In this document: piece after piece, positions 17,645 to 27,813 of the stretch | How positions within the stretch are numbered: the first letter of the stretch is position 1 | How the letters are laid out: every line of letters begins with the position of its first letter | NCBI GenBank assembly: GCA_947245515.1 | Contig: CAMXQV010000004.1 | Span: 1,167-65,166 of the forward strand | Direction of reading: 5' to 3' | DNA: 64,000 nt | Origin: an uncultured Clostridium sp. | GTDB lineage: Bacteria > Bacillota > Clostridia > TANB77 > CAG-508 | Notes under the pieces: generated by a model | Database searches by the model: none | Told to the model about the DNA's origin: nothing | The model's input: the letters and a program-made list of their open reading frames with translations, nothing else | Made by a program: the position numbers and the translations under genes

Positions 17645-17868
17645 AAGGCAATCGCTTAAAATTTTAATTATTTATTTGTTTATATTCGAGAAATCTACTC
17701 GCTCCCAAAGGATTATAATTATTTATTGTTTTCGTTGCCCCATTCTCAAAATTCTATAGAAAAGTTTTCTAACTTTTCTAAGAATTTTGGAACGGTTACC
17801 CCGGAGTCACTCAAAAATAAATAATTATAATCCTTCTTGTGCTATTCTTAATTAAATAATATGTTTAT
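17645..17868 (+). repeat. Large structured repeat, copy A (right outer arm missing); copy B at 54589-54969
   Basis: A ~145-bp core is identical to 54733-54870. It contains the perfect inverted repeat GGATTATAATTATTTATT / AAATAAATAATTATAATCC and an inner palindrome CAAAATTCT.TAGAAAAGTT-TTCT-AACTTTTCTA.AGAATTTTG. Confidence 0.8.
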
Positions 17869-18097
17869 GATAAGGAAAGTACACCTATTTATTATGTATT
17901 AGAAGGAATGGGATAAAAAACTGAAAAGATATCAAAAATATAAGTTGATTATTGTAAGATTTTAAATTCATTGACAAAATAATTATAGTTAAGTTAAAAA
18001 AATTACAATTTTTTACATAAAATTCACTTAAGGGAATGATAAAAATATATTTTTATGGTAAAATCATAGAAAAAAACTAGTAGATAGGAGAGTAAAT

Positions 18098-21000
18098 ATG
18101 TTAGCACAAGAAGTTATGGTAAAAGAGATAGAGAAATATTTAACTATGTTAATTACATATGCAAAATCAAATTCTAGAATGAATTTAACAGATATAGGGA
18201 TTGTTAGTGAAAATTTCTTTAGTGAATTATTAAATAAGCTATATGGATACAAACTGATTAATGCAAATTCAGAAGAAAAAAATTTTGCTGGAATAGATTT
18301 GATAGATAGAGAAAATAAAATATGCTATCAAGTAACATTAGATAGTGATGCAGATAAAGTACAAAGTACGATAAGCATGTTTATAAAGAAAGAATATTAC
18401 AAGGATTTTCAACATTTGTTTGTATTAGTAATAGATGATCCAAAGAGATATAATAAAAAATTTGATACTGAAGGTAAGTTTGTATTTGACAAGAATAAAG
18501 ATATTATATTTCCATTAAAACAAATCATTGATGATATTAGAAATGTTAGAGATTTAGATAAATTGAATAAGATATATAGCTTTTTTAGAAGCTCATTTTA
18601 TTATGAAAATTTTGATAGAGGGTATGAATGGTATAAAAATCAAAATGAGAAGAACATTTTAAATTTAGGTTGCAGATATAATAAAGAAATTAACATTGAT
18701 ACTACAATTGTAAAAAAAATGGCAGTATTTTTAAAAGAAGAAGAACGAATGAATACAATGGCACATGAATTGAAGGAACTTATTATAAAGTTAGTACAAA
18801 ATTCTGGATTATTTCAAGAGAAAAAAATCATAGAGAAAGCTAAAGAATTATTTAAAAACATTATGTTAGGTAATTATAGTTGGGATAAAGTAAATGAATT
18901 TTTAAAAGAATTAGATGAGGCTTTATATAAGGAGTTTGAAAGACTTAACAATTCATCAATAAATTATGATATATATAATAAAATATCAGATATCAGAAGT
19001 TTAAATGAAGATTTAATTGAAGGGTTATCTTATTTATTTAAAAAAGTAATGATTATAACAGGGGAAATGGGCATTGGAAAATCTCACTTAATAGCTAATT
19101 GGATTGATAAATATTGCATACCAAAACAAATAAATGCAATTTTATTGTTAGGACAGATGATGAATGAAGCTAATTCATTTACATTACAAATGAAAAATGA
19201 ATTAGGTATAGAAGAAAACTTTGAGAAATTTCTAGCAGCACTAGATGCAATAGGAAGAGAGAAAAAAGTCATAGTACCATTTTTTATTGATGCATTAAAT
19301 GAAAGCCAATACTATGAAAAATGGGCAGATAACATAAATGGAATAGTAAATGAATTTTCAAAGTATAAAAATATAAAACTAATTCTAACAATAAAGGAAG
19401 ATTTTAAAGGAAAATGCTTACCTAATAATATGGATCAGGAAAATGTTATAACAGTTTTACATAGGGGATTTGCAGAAAATACATATGAAGCCATGAATGA
19501 GATATTTTCATATTATAAAGTTGAACTACCATTATTTCCAGTCATAAATGAAACATATTCAAATCCTCTATTCTTAATTACAATGTGTAAATGTATAAAT
19601 AAAAATAGAATCAACTTATTACTACAAGATTATTCAGATTTTAACTTGATTTTTGATGAGTATTTAAAAAATATAAATTATGAGATATCTAAAAAACTGA
19701 AATATTCAGAAAAAGAAAATTTAGTGGTACAAATTTTAGATATTGTAGCAAAATATATGGTAGATAATAAAATACAGTATATAACTAAAATTAATTTTTT
19801 AAAAATTATCAAAGATCATTTATCACTATATAATATTGCTCCTATGCATATATTGGAATATTTTATTTCCGAAAACATTTTATATAAATCAATAGATTAT
19901 AAAACAAGAGAGGAGATAGTATATTTTACATATGAAAAATACAATAGTATAATTAAATCTAAGTATATATTAAAAGATTTTCATGACAGAGACAGTATTA
20001 TAGAAAATCAGAAATTAAAAGATATGTTTGATTATGAAAATGAATTATATGATGGAAATATTATAGAAAACTTGCTTATATACATAGGTAATAATTTTGG
20101 AATAGAATTATATGATATATTGGATTATAAATTAGACAAATATAGAAATGTTATAAGAATATATATGAGAAGCTTAATGTGGAGAAAAAAAGATAATTTT
20201 GATATAGAAGGAAAATTTAAAGAATTTTTTGATTATGTAGTAGCTAGAGAACATGACTTTTACTATAATTATGTGGAATTATTATTTACATGTGCAGTAA
20301 TTGGAAGTAGTCCATTTAATATATATAAAATTAATCAAAAATTATTAGATATGTCTTTAATAGAAAGAGATAGTAGTTGGACAATAATGCTAGATGAGCA
20401 TATAGAAGACTCAATACAAAGAATATTAGATTATTGTTTTAGAGCTGATTTAAGTGGAATGCATAAAGATAATAGACTTATGCTATCTATAACTCTATCA
20501 TGGATGTTAAGTAGTTCAAATAGAAAATTAAGAGATTTAGCAACAAAAGCTTTAGTAATTACATTGACAAATAATTTAGAAACAATGGTGGATATCATTC
20601 AAAATTTTAAGGATGTTAATGATATGTACATATTAGAAAGAATATATGGTGCATGTTATGGTGCAATATTAAGGAGTAGTAATTTAGATAAATTAAATGA
20701 ACTAGTTGAAAAGATTTATTCTGAAATATTCAATAAAGAAGAGGTAATAGCTAATGTTGTCATTAGAGATTATGCAAGGCAAATTATACTTTATGCTAAG
20801 TATAAGAAAATAGAAATGTCTTTTAATATTGAAAGAATTAATCCACCATATAAGAGTAAATGGTATGAAGAAATTCCAACTAATGAGCAAATTAAAAAAT
20901 ATGACATTAACTATGATGATGCTAAAGATAAAAAGTATCTATATGCACAATACAGGATAGTAAGCTCAATGATTACTGAATATGGAAGAGGTACAGGAGG

Positions 21001-22189
21001 ATATGGTGATTTTGGAAGATATGTGTTTGAAAGGTTAGTTAGACCGTGGAAATATAAATTTGATAATCCTCAAGATTTAAGTAACATAGTTATAAAAAGA
21101 GTATTTGATATGGGATATGATGCAAAAATATTTGGAAATTATGATATGAATGTTAGCCCACATGACAGACATAATAATTGTACTGAACGAATTGGAAAAA
21201 AATATCAGTGGATAGCTACATATGAATTATTAGCCAAGTTACAAGATAAATATAAGATTTTTACAGAGGTATATCCAGAAGAGGAAGAGCTAGATTTTAA
21301 TAGTAATATTTATTTAAATAGTAAATATGAAAAGACAGAAGTACTCGAAGATATTAGATATAAAGAAGATGTATATCAATTTTTAGATTTTGGTTATTTA
21401 AGAAATATAGATGTTACAAGTACATTAACAAAGCTTGAGAGAAAAGAGTATGAAATTTTAGATATAGTAGATAAAGAATGGATAAATGAAGATATAGATG
21501 TTGAGAAATATATTGAAAACTCAAATGAATATATTTCTTTGTGTGCATGTTATCATTATAGAAGTGATGCCATAGAATTGAAAGATATTACATCAAATTT
21601 TGATAGACATAGAAATAGTATTTCTTTAACAGTAATGTATCATGCATGTTTAGTTAATAAGGAATATAAAATAATACAAAAGGATATGGAAGGATTTATG
21701 GATTATAATATTCATTCTAATTTTGATGTCTTATTAAGAGAATATGTATGGTCTAAGTATTATGATGAAGCAGTTAAATATTTAGAGAAAAAGTCCAAAA
21801 GTTGCAATATATATCCTGTGTTTTCTAACTATTTATTTGAGCCATTATATGATAATTCAATAGAAAATGCAATTTCTATGTTTGTTCCATCAAAAATGTT
21901 GATAGAAGAATTAAAACTTAATCAAAGAGAGGATGGATATTGGTATAATGAAGATGGAATATTAGTATGTTATGATAATAAACTAAAAGGACAAGAAAGT
22001 AATTTTATCTTTAATAAGGATATTTTATATAATTATTTAGAAAAGAAAAACTTTAAATTAATATGGAAAGGCTACATTGATAAAAGTAACAAAAGAGAGT
22101 TTAGAGATTATCACTTTATAATTTTGAAAGAAGATGATAAATACAAAATTAAAAAAGAAAATGAGACAAGAGGGACATTAACTTTATAG
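18098..22189 (+). CDS. 1363-aa protein with an N-terminal SMEK-like domain, a P-loop STAND-type NTPase and a long helical C-terminal region (candidate defence NTPase)
   Basis: aa ~25-115: NLTDIGIVSENFFSELLNKLYGY...NFAGIDLID...ICYQVT. Walker A is GEMGIGKS (nt 19061-19084). Walker B is VPFFIDALNE (nt 19274-19303). About 950 further aa are mostly helical. Confidence 0.75.
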   Translation: MLAQEVMVKEIEKYLTMLITYAKSNSRMNLTDIGIVSENFFSELLNKLYGYKLINANSEEKNFAGIDLIDRENKICYQVTLDSDADKVQSTISMFIKKEYYKDFQHLFVLVIDDPKRYNKKFDTEGKFVFDKNKDIIFPLKQIIDDIRNVRDLDKLNKIYSFFRSSFYYENFDRGYEWYKNQNEKNILNLGCRYNKEINIDTTIVKKMAVFLKEEERMNTMAHELKELIIKLVQNSGLFQEKKIIEKAKELFKNIMLGNYSWDKVNEFLKELDEALYKEFERLNNSSINYDIYNKISDIRSLNEDLIEGLSYLFKKVMIITGEMGIGKSHLIANWIDKYCIPKQINAILLLGQMMNEANSFTLQMKNELGIEENFEKFLAALDAIGREKKVIVPFFIDALNESQYYEKWADNINGIVNEFSKYKNIKLILTIKEDFKGKCLPNNMDQENVITVLHRGFAENTYEAMNEIFSYYKVELPLFPVINETYSNPLFLITMCKCINKNRINLLLQDYSDFNLIFDEYLKNINYEISKKLKYSEKENLVVQILDIVAKYMVDNKIQYITKINFLKIIKDHLSLYNIAPMHILEYFISENILYKSIDYKTREEIVYFTYEKYNSIIKSKYILKDFHDRDSIIENQKLKDMFDYENELYDGNIIENLLIYIGNNFGIELYDILDYKLDKYRNVIRIYMRSLMWRKKDNFDIEGKFKEFFDYVVAREHDFYYNYVELLFTCAVIGSSPFNIYKINQKLLDMSLIERDSSWTIMLDEHIEDSIQRILDYCFRADLSGMHKDNRLMLSITLSWMLSSSNRKLRDLATKALVITLTNNLETMVDIIQNFKDVNDMYILERIYGACYGAILRSSNLDKLNELVEKIYSEIFNKEEVIANVVIRDYARQIILYAKYKKIEMSFNIERINPPYKSKWYEEIPTNEQIKKYDINYDDAKDKKYLYAQYRIVSSMITEYGRGTGGYGDFGRYVFERLVRPWKYKFDNPQDLSNIVIKRVFDMGYDAKIFGNYDMNVSPHDRHNNCTERIGKKYQWIATYELLAKLQDKYKIFTEVYPEEEELDFNSNIYLNSKYEKTEVLEDIRYKEDVYQFLDFGYLRNIDVTSTLTKLERKEYEILDIVDKEWINEDIDVEKYIENSNEYISLCACYHYRSDAIELKDITSNFDRHRNSISLTVMYHACLVNKEYKIIQKDMEGFMDYNIHSNFDVLLREYVWSKYYDEAVKYLEKKSKSCNIYPVFSNYLFEPLYDNSIENAISMFVPSKMLIEELKLNQREDGYWYNEDGILVCYDNKLKGQESNFIFNKDILYNYLEKKNFKLIWKGYIDKSNKREFRDYHFIILKEDDKYKIKKENETRGTLTL

Positions 22190-22204
22190 AAAAATAGGGG
22201 TTGT

Positions 22205-22280
22205 AAAAAAAGTTCCAACAAAAAATGAGATTCAAGTTAAAATTATAACTTAAATCTCATTTTTTGTTGGAACTTTTTTT
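22205..22280. terminator. Long perfect hairpin (bidirectional terminator)
   Basis: AAAAAAGTTCCAACAAAAAATGAGATT pairs with AATCTCATTTTTTGTTGGAACTTTTTT, flanked by A and T runs. Confidence 0.7.
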
Positions 22281-22292
22281 AGAATCCCTACT

Positions 22293-22501
22293 TTAATCTT
22301 CTTTTCTCAATAGCTGAAAATTCGTCACAATACATAAGTCAAATTTCCGTTTAAATGCTATATCATCTTCTATCTCCATAATTTGTTTCATAGATGTGAT
22401 GTGATTTTTTTGGATAAAACATATTCAGAATTTCCAACACCAGTTTGAGTATTGTTTGATTTCCAGAAGTTAAAGCTAATAAAGTAGTAGTATTTTTTCA
22501 T
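22293..22501 (-). pseudogene. Small ORF disrupted by a frameshift (remnant)
   Basis: A GGAGGC RBS precedes the ATG at 22501: MKKYYYFISFNFWKSNNTQTGVGNSEYVLSKKITSHL*. A second frame continues MKQIMEIEDDIAFKRKFDLCIVTNFQLLRKED*. An A7 run lies just upstream of the first-frame stop, near the frame change. Confidence 0.35.
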
Positions 22502-22643
22502 AAAAGCCTCCTATGGGGTGGTGAGTATATAAAATTAAATAGTATTTATAATAAAGATATATTGTAGTAAATGATGCCTTTACAATTTGTATATTGTGTG
22601 TATATTACGCAGTAGTTTTTGACTGCTTTTAATGACTTTTACT

Positions 22644-22683
22644 AAAATAAAAGAAAAGCAGTAATACCAATGATTACCGCTTT
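22644..22683 (-). terminator. Rho-independent terminator of rpsI
   Basis: On the minus strand, AAGCGGTAAT pairs with ATTACTGCTT, followed by TTTTCTTTTATTTT. Confidence 0.55.
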
Positions 22684-22724
22684 GTATATAGGTTTTTGAC
22701 CTTTGCTCCAAAACCCACTTGTTT

Positions 22725-23126
22725 TTATCTCTTACTAAATTGTGGTGCTTTTCTAGCTTTTTTAAGACCGTATTTTTTTCTTTCCTTCATACGAGGATCT
22801 CTTGTTAAGAATCCATTAGATTTTAGTTCAGGTCTATATTCACGATTAGCTTCATTTAATGCTCTAGCAATACCATGTCTAATTGCTCCAGCCTGACCAG
22901 TAAATCCTCCACCTTTTACTGTTACAATAACATCATATTTTGTTGTTGTATTTGTAACTGTTAATGGTTGTCTTACTATAACTTTTAAAGTTTCCATTCC
23001 GAAAAATTCATCAATATCTTTTCCGTTAATAGTTATTTTTCCTGAACCTTCAACTAGTCTAACTCTAGCAATAGCATTTTTTCTTCTACCTGTACCATAA
23101 AAATACATATTTTCTTTTTTAGCCAT
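22725..23126 (-). CDS. rpsI: 30S ribosomal protein S9
   Basis: [24 protein letters not shown]...[19 protein letters not shown]...[12 protein letters not shown]. The ATG overlaps the rplM stop (TAATG). Confidence 0.95.
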   Translation of the reverse strand: MAKKENMYFYGTGRRKNAIARVRLVEGSGKITINGKDIDEFFGMETLKVIVRQPLTVTNTTTKYDVIVTVKGGGFTGQAGAIRHGIARALNEANREYRPELKSNGFLTRDPRMKERKKYGLKKARKAPQFSKR

Positions 23127-23566
23127 TATACATTTACCTCCCATATTTCTGGTTTTTGTGCTTGATTTTCATGTTCACTACCTGCATAAACTCTTAATTT
23201 TTTAGCCATTTGTCTTCCTAAAGAATTGTGAGGTAACATTCCTTTAATAGCTAATGTCATAGCTTTTTCAGGATTTTTTTCAAGCATTACTTTTGCAGAA
23301 ACTTCTTTCATTCCTCCAATATATCCTGAATGATGTCTATAAACTTTTTGATTTAGTTTGTTTCCTGTTAAAATTACATCTTTACAATTTAATATAATTA
23401 CATGATCACCTGTATCAATATTAGGTGTATAAGTTGGTTTGTGTTTTCCTCTTAATAATTTAGCAGCTTCTGTTGCAACTCTACCAAGTGGTTTGTTTGC
23501 TGCATCAATTATATACCATTTGCTTTCGATTTCGCCTTTTTTTGCACTATATGTAGTATTATTCAT
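23126..23566 (-). CDS. rplM: 50S ribosomal protein L13
   Basis: [45 protein letters not shown]. Confidence 0.95.
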   Translation of the reverse strand: MNNTTYSAKKGEIESKWYIIDAANKPLGRVATEAAKLLRGKHKPTYTPNIDTGDHVIILNCKDVILTGNKLNQKVYRHHSGYIGGMKEVSAKVMLEKNPEKAMTLAIKGMLPHNSLGRQMAKKLRVYAGSEHENQAQKPEIWEVNV

Positions 23567-23741
23567 GGTAATAATTACCCTCCTATTTTTTATATTTTAT
23601 TATTTATATATATGATATTTAAATTTAAAACCACCGGGGAGAAGTTTTATATTTAAATCATATTTTAACACAATTACTAAAATAGTATATTATAGAATAG
23701 TGCATTTGTCAATACTTTGAAGGCGATTTTTTTTGAAAAAC

Positions 23742-23770
23742 TTGACAAATTTTCCAAAAAAGAGTATACT
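23742..23770 (+). promoter_or_regulatory. Sigma-A promoter candidate for the cell-wall hydrolase gene
   Basis: TTGACA (23742-23747), a 17-nt spacer, then TATACT (23765-23770). Confidence 0.5.
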
Positions 23771-23821
23771 AATAAAGGTTGGAAATAAAATGCAAAATAA
23801 TTTTTTAAGGAGTAATAGGAA

Positions 23822-25195
23822 ATGAAAAGTAAAAAGAATATAAAAAGCATATTAATAATGGCAGTAATAGGAATTATCAGTTTGTTTTTTATCAATATGA
23901 GTTTAGCTGCTAACATAGCAAAAATTAAAGTGGGAACAGCAAACCTTAGGGAAACAGCAGATGAAAATAGCAAAATACTAGAACAATTTTCTATGAATCA
24001 AGAAGTAGAAATAATAGAAAAACAAGGAAATTGGTATAAAGTAAAAGCAAAAGGAGTAACAGGATATTTAAGACAAGACTTATTACAAATTACTAAAGAA
24101 GAACCAAAAAACGAAGAAAATAAAACAGAAGAGAACAAAACAACAGAACAACCAAAAACAGAAAATTCAGAAGTAACAACTCAAGAAAACAAAGTAGAAG
24201 GAAGTACAAAAAAAGAAGAAAAGAAACTAGAACTAGGAAAACAAAAAATAGCAGAAAACACAAAATTAAAAATAGTACCAGTAATAAATGCAACAGATAT
24301 CATAGAAGTAAAAAAAGATGAAGAAGTAAAAGCAACAGAAATACTAAACGATTGGGTATGTGTAGAAGCACAAAACACAAAAGGATGGATAAGAAAAGAA
24401 AAACTACAAAGTGAAGAAAAACCAGTAGAAGTAACACAACCACCAGTAACCCAAAATACAAATACACCAAATACAACAACACCACCAGTAACAACAACTA
24501 AAACCTTATATACAAATTCCAAAACAGTAAATTTAAGAAAACAAGCAAGTACAAGTTCAGGAATTGTAGTTTCTTTAGCACAAAACACACCAGTAGAAGT
24601 AATTTCAGAAGCAAATGGATGGAGTAAAGTTAAAGTATCTGGAAAAGAAGGATATATATCAAGTGCTTTATTATCAGCACAAAAGAAAGAAACCTCAAGA
24701 AGTATGGAAACAACAAGAAAAGAAACAAGCAAACAACAAACAACACCTAAAACTGAAAGCACAACAAAAGCAACTACTACATCATCAACACCAGCACAAA
24801 CAACTCAAACAACAAAAGCACCAGCTACATCTGGAAAAGGATCATCAATAGTTGCAGAAGCAAGCAAATATATAGGATGTAAATATAGATATGGAGGAAC
24901 AACACCAAGTGGATTTGACTGTTCAGGTTTTACACAATATGTATATAGAAAATTTGGGGTAAATCTAAATAGAACAGCAGCAGGGCAATACAGTAATGGT
25001 GTTTCAGTAACAAAAAGTCAATTACAACCAGGAGACTTAGTAATGTTTGGAAAATCTGGAATATCACATGTTGCAATTTATGCTGGAGGAGGAAGAATAG
25101 TTCATGCTGCAACATCTAAGACAGGAGTAAGAACAGACTCCCTAAACTCTGGATACTATAGCAAAAACTATGTAGGAGCAAGAAGAATACTATAA
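23822..25195 (+). CDS. Secreted SH3b-repeat NlpC/P60 (C40) peptidoglycan endopeptidase
   Basis: A signal peptide, then three SH3_3-like modules (NLRE...GYL, GWIRKEKL, NLRK...GYISSALL). These are separated by E/K- and T/P-rich linkers. The C-terminus is YRYGGTTPSGFDCSGFTQYVY...GDLVMF...HVAIYAGGGRIVHA. Confidence 0.85.
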   Translation: MKSKKNIKSILIMAVIGIISLFFINMSLAANIAKIKVGTANLRETADENSKILEQFSMNQEVEIIEKQGNWYKVKAKGVTGYLRQDLLQITKEEPKNEENKTEENKTTEQPKTENSEVTTQENKVEGSTKKEEKKLELGKQKIAENTKLKIVPVINATDIIEVKKDEEVKATEILNDWVCVEAQNTKGWIRKEKLQSEEKPVEVTQPPVTQNTNTPNTTTPPVTTTKTLYTNSKTVNLRKQASTSSGIVVSLAQNTPVEVISEANGWSKVKVSGKEGYISSALLSAQKKETSRSMETTRKETSKQQTTPKTESTTKATTTSSTPAQTTQTTKAPATSGKGSSIVAEASKYIGCKYRYGGTTPSGFDCSGFTQYVYRKFGVNLNRTAAGQYSNGVSVTKSQLQPGDLVMFGKSGISHVAIYAGGGRIVHAATSKTGVRTDSLNSGYYSKNYVGARRIL

Positions 25196-25222
25196 AAAAA
25201 TCAACTAAAAGAAAGGAAAACA

Positions 25223-27723
25223 ATGACCAAAAGACCAATTTTAGTTGCACTAATAGGATATATAATAGGTATAATAGAGGGGCTATACTTACAAATAAGT
25301 ATAGTCCCTCTATATATTCTAATAGTAGCAATATACTTAATAATAAAGAAATACTACAAAAGAAAAAAGAAGAAATTTAAAATTTTTAGTATTCAAAGAT
25401 ATTCGCGATATTTAAAAATAGTTTTCAATCAAAAAGTAATTATAATAATTTTAATTAGTTCTATAATATCAAATTCTATAATATTAATCCAAAATCAGAA
25501 ATATAAAACACTATATAAAAACATACAAGAAGTCAAATTAGTAGGAACAGTAATTAGCAATAAAAAAGAAAAAGAATATAAAGATATATATAACATAAAA
25601 ATAGAAGAATTGAACAATTCAAAAAGATACAAAAACACAAAATTGTTAATAAAGGTGGATAAAAAAATAAAAAAGTCACTTAAATATGGAACAAGAATAA
25701 CACTTAAAGGACAATTTATAGAGCCAAATGAAAAAAGAAATTATGGAGGTTTTAATTATAAAGAATATTTAAAAACAAAGGAGATATATGGATTAGTTGA
25801 TGTAGAAGAAATATATAAAATAGAAAATGACAAAAATAATAATATAATATATCTTTTTAGAGAAATTTCTTTAAATTTAACAAATACAATAGATGAAATG
25901 TTAAATAAAGAGCAAGCTTCCATCTTGAAAGGATTGATATTAGGAGACACAACTAATATAGAAGAAAACATATACGAAAAATTTCAAATAAGTAACATGT
26001 CACACTTATTAGCAGTATCAGGAATGCATATTTCATATATTATACTAGGTATAAATACTATACTAAAAAAAAGAATAGGAAAAAGAAAAACAAAAGTGAC
26101 AATAATAATACTTCTAATATTTTATATGATGATATGTGGAATAAGTCCATCTATGTTTAGAGCAACAGTAATGGGAATTTTAGTTACCTTATCAGATTTA
26201 TTATATAGAAAAAATGATATATGGACATCTATTTCATTTTCTTTACTTATCCTATTAATATATAATCCGTTTTTAATAAAACATGTAGGTTTGCAATTAT
26301 CATACTTAGGTACAATAGGAATTATTTTATTCTACAAAAATATCTTTGAAGTATTAAAAAATATTAAATCCAAAGATAATAAAGTTAAATTTAATAAAAA
26401 AAGATTATTATTAATTTCAAAAATAAAAGAAATCTTATCAGTCACCTTAGCAGTACAAATTATAATATTACCTATAATTATATATCAATTTAATTTTATA
26501 GGAATTTATTTCATTTTTACTACTCTAATTACAAGTATAATTGTTGCACCAATAATATTTTTAAGTATTATTTCAATTATTTTATATCTTTTAATAAATC
26601 CATTAGGAAGAATAGGTTGTTTATTCTTGCAAGTCTTAATTAATATATTAATTAAAATAACAGACTTCAGTAATTTACCATATTCGAAAATTTACATACC
26701 AACTCCAAAAATATGCATTATAGTATTTTATTATATAACTATTTTTTTATCTAATTATATATATTCAATTTATCGTAAAAGAAAAATTAATCAGACGCAA
26801 CGAAGATTTAGAAATTTAATAGAATTATTTAAATATAAAAAAAGAACTTCTAAAATAAATTATAATTTTATTATTCTTATTATAATAATAATTATTTTTT
26901 TTTATAGATATATTCCTAAGAATTTAGAAATACATTTTGTAGATGTTGGACAAGGTGATTGTACTTTTATAAAAACACCGAAAAATAAAGCCGTTTTAAT
27001 TGATGGTGGAGGCAGTAAATCTAAAGAATTTGATGTTGGCAAAAAAACTTTATTACCGTATATTTTAGATAGAGGATATACAAATATAGATTATGTTATA
27101 ATATCACATTTTGATCAAGATCATGTACGGTTCTATCCTATATATATTAAAAGAAGTAAAAGTAAAAAATGTTATAATAGGAAAGCAATTTGAGATTTCA
27201 GAAAATTACCAAGAATTTGTAAAGATAGTAAAAGAAAAACAGATAAAAGTACATATAGTAGAAGCAGGTCAAAGAATTAAAATAGAAAAAGATTTATATT
27301 TTGATGTATTATGGCCATGTAGTGATAAGATAATGAGTGAAAATAGTATTAATAATAATTCTGTGGTTTGCAAAATGGTATATCAAAATTTTTCTATGCT
27401 ATTTACAGGAGATATTGAAGAAATAGCAGAGAAGGCGATTTTGGAAAAATATAAGGATACAAAAGCTTTAAAAGCTACTATATTAAAAGTAGCTCATCAT
27501 GGCTCGAAGTCTTCCTCAATAGTAGAATTTTTAAATGCTATAAAACCTAAAATATCACTTATTGGAGTGGGAGAAAAAAACACTTTTGGACATCCAAATA
27601 TTGAAATTTTAGAAAGATTACAACGGATGTGGAAGTAAAATATATAGGACAGACTTAAATGGAGAAATTACAATACGAATTAATAAGAAAGGAAAATTTG
27701 AGATAAATAAAAGGCTTAATTAA
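25223..27723 (+). pseudogene. comEC: DNA internalization competence protein ComEC/Rec2 with two frameshifts
   Basis: The polytopic ComEC core (LAVSGMHISYI) and the metallo-beta-lactamase part ...VDVGQGDC...ISHFDQDH are in frame A. ILYILKE...KVAHHGSKSS...GHPNIEILERLQ is in frame B. GCGSKIYRTDLNGEITIRINKKG...* is in frame C, ending at 27723. Confidence 0.75.
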
Positions 27724-27813
27724 ATTTAATATATTATACTTTCCTTTAATTTCAGTATATATTTATTAAAAAAGTAAATAATAGTAGAAAATAAGAAAAA
27801 TGGAGGTTCTATT

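Noticed and set aside
17645-17868. The idea that the two large hairpin repeats are 6S RNA genes (a long imperfect hairpin with a central bubble)
   Set aside because: The two copies have a 145-bp core that is 100% identical while their flanks differ, which fits a mobile repeat better than paralogous RNA genes. No promoter or terminator frames them, and there is no resemblance to the 6S sequences I recall.
23567-23700. Possible ribosomal-protein L13 leader upstream of rplM (minus strand; contains CTCCCCGGTGG)
   Set aside because: I cannot reconstruct the conserved L13-leader structure from memory, so there is no support beyond one GC-rich patch.
23567-23821. Possible c-di-AMP (ydaO-type) riboswitch upstream of the NlpC/P60 hydrolase
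   Set aside because: The predicted promoter (23742-23770) leaves only a ~50-nt leader. None of the conserved ydaO sequence blocks I remember are visible.
24181-24762. 193-aa minus-strand ORF and several 60-80 aa ORFs within the SH3b-P60 gene; also possible tandem DNA repeats at 24090-24830
   Set aside because: These are shadows of the E/K- and T/P-rich linker-coding DNA. The repetitiveness is explained by low-complexity protein linkers rather than by a repeat array.
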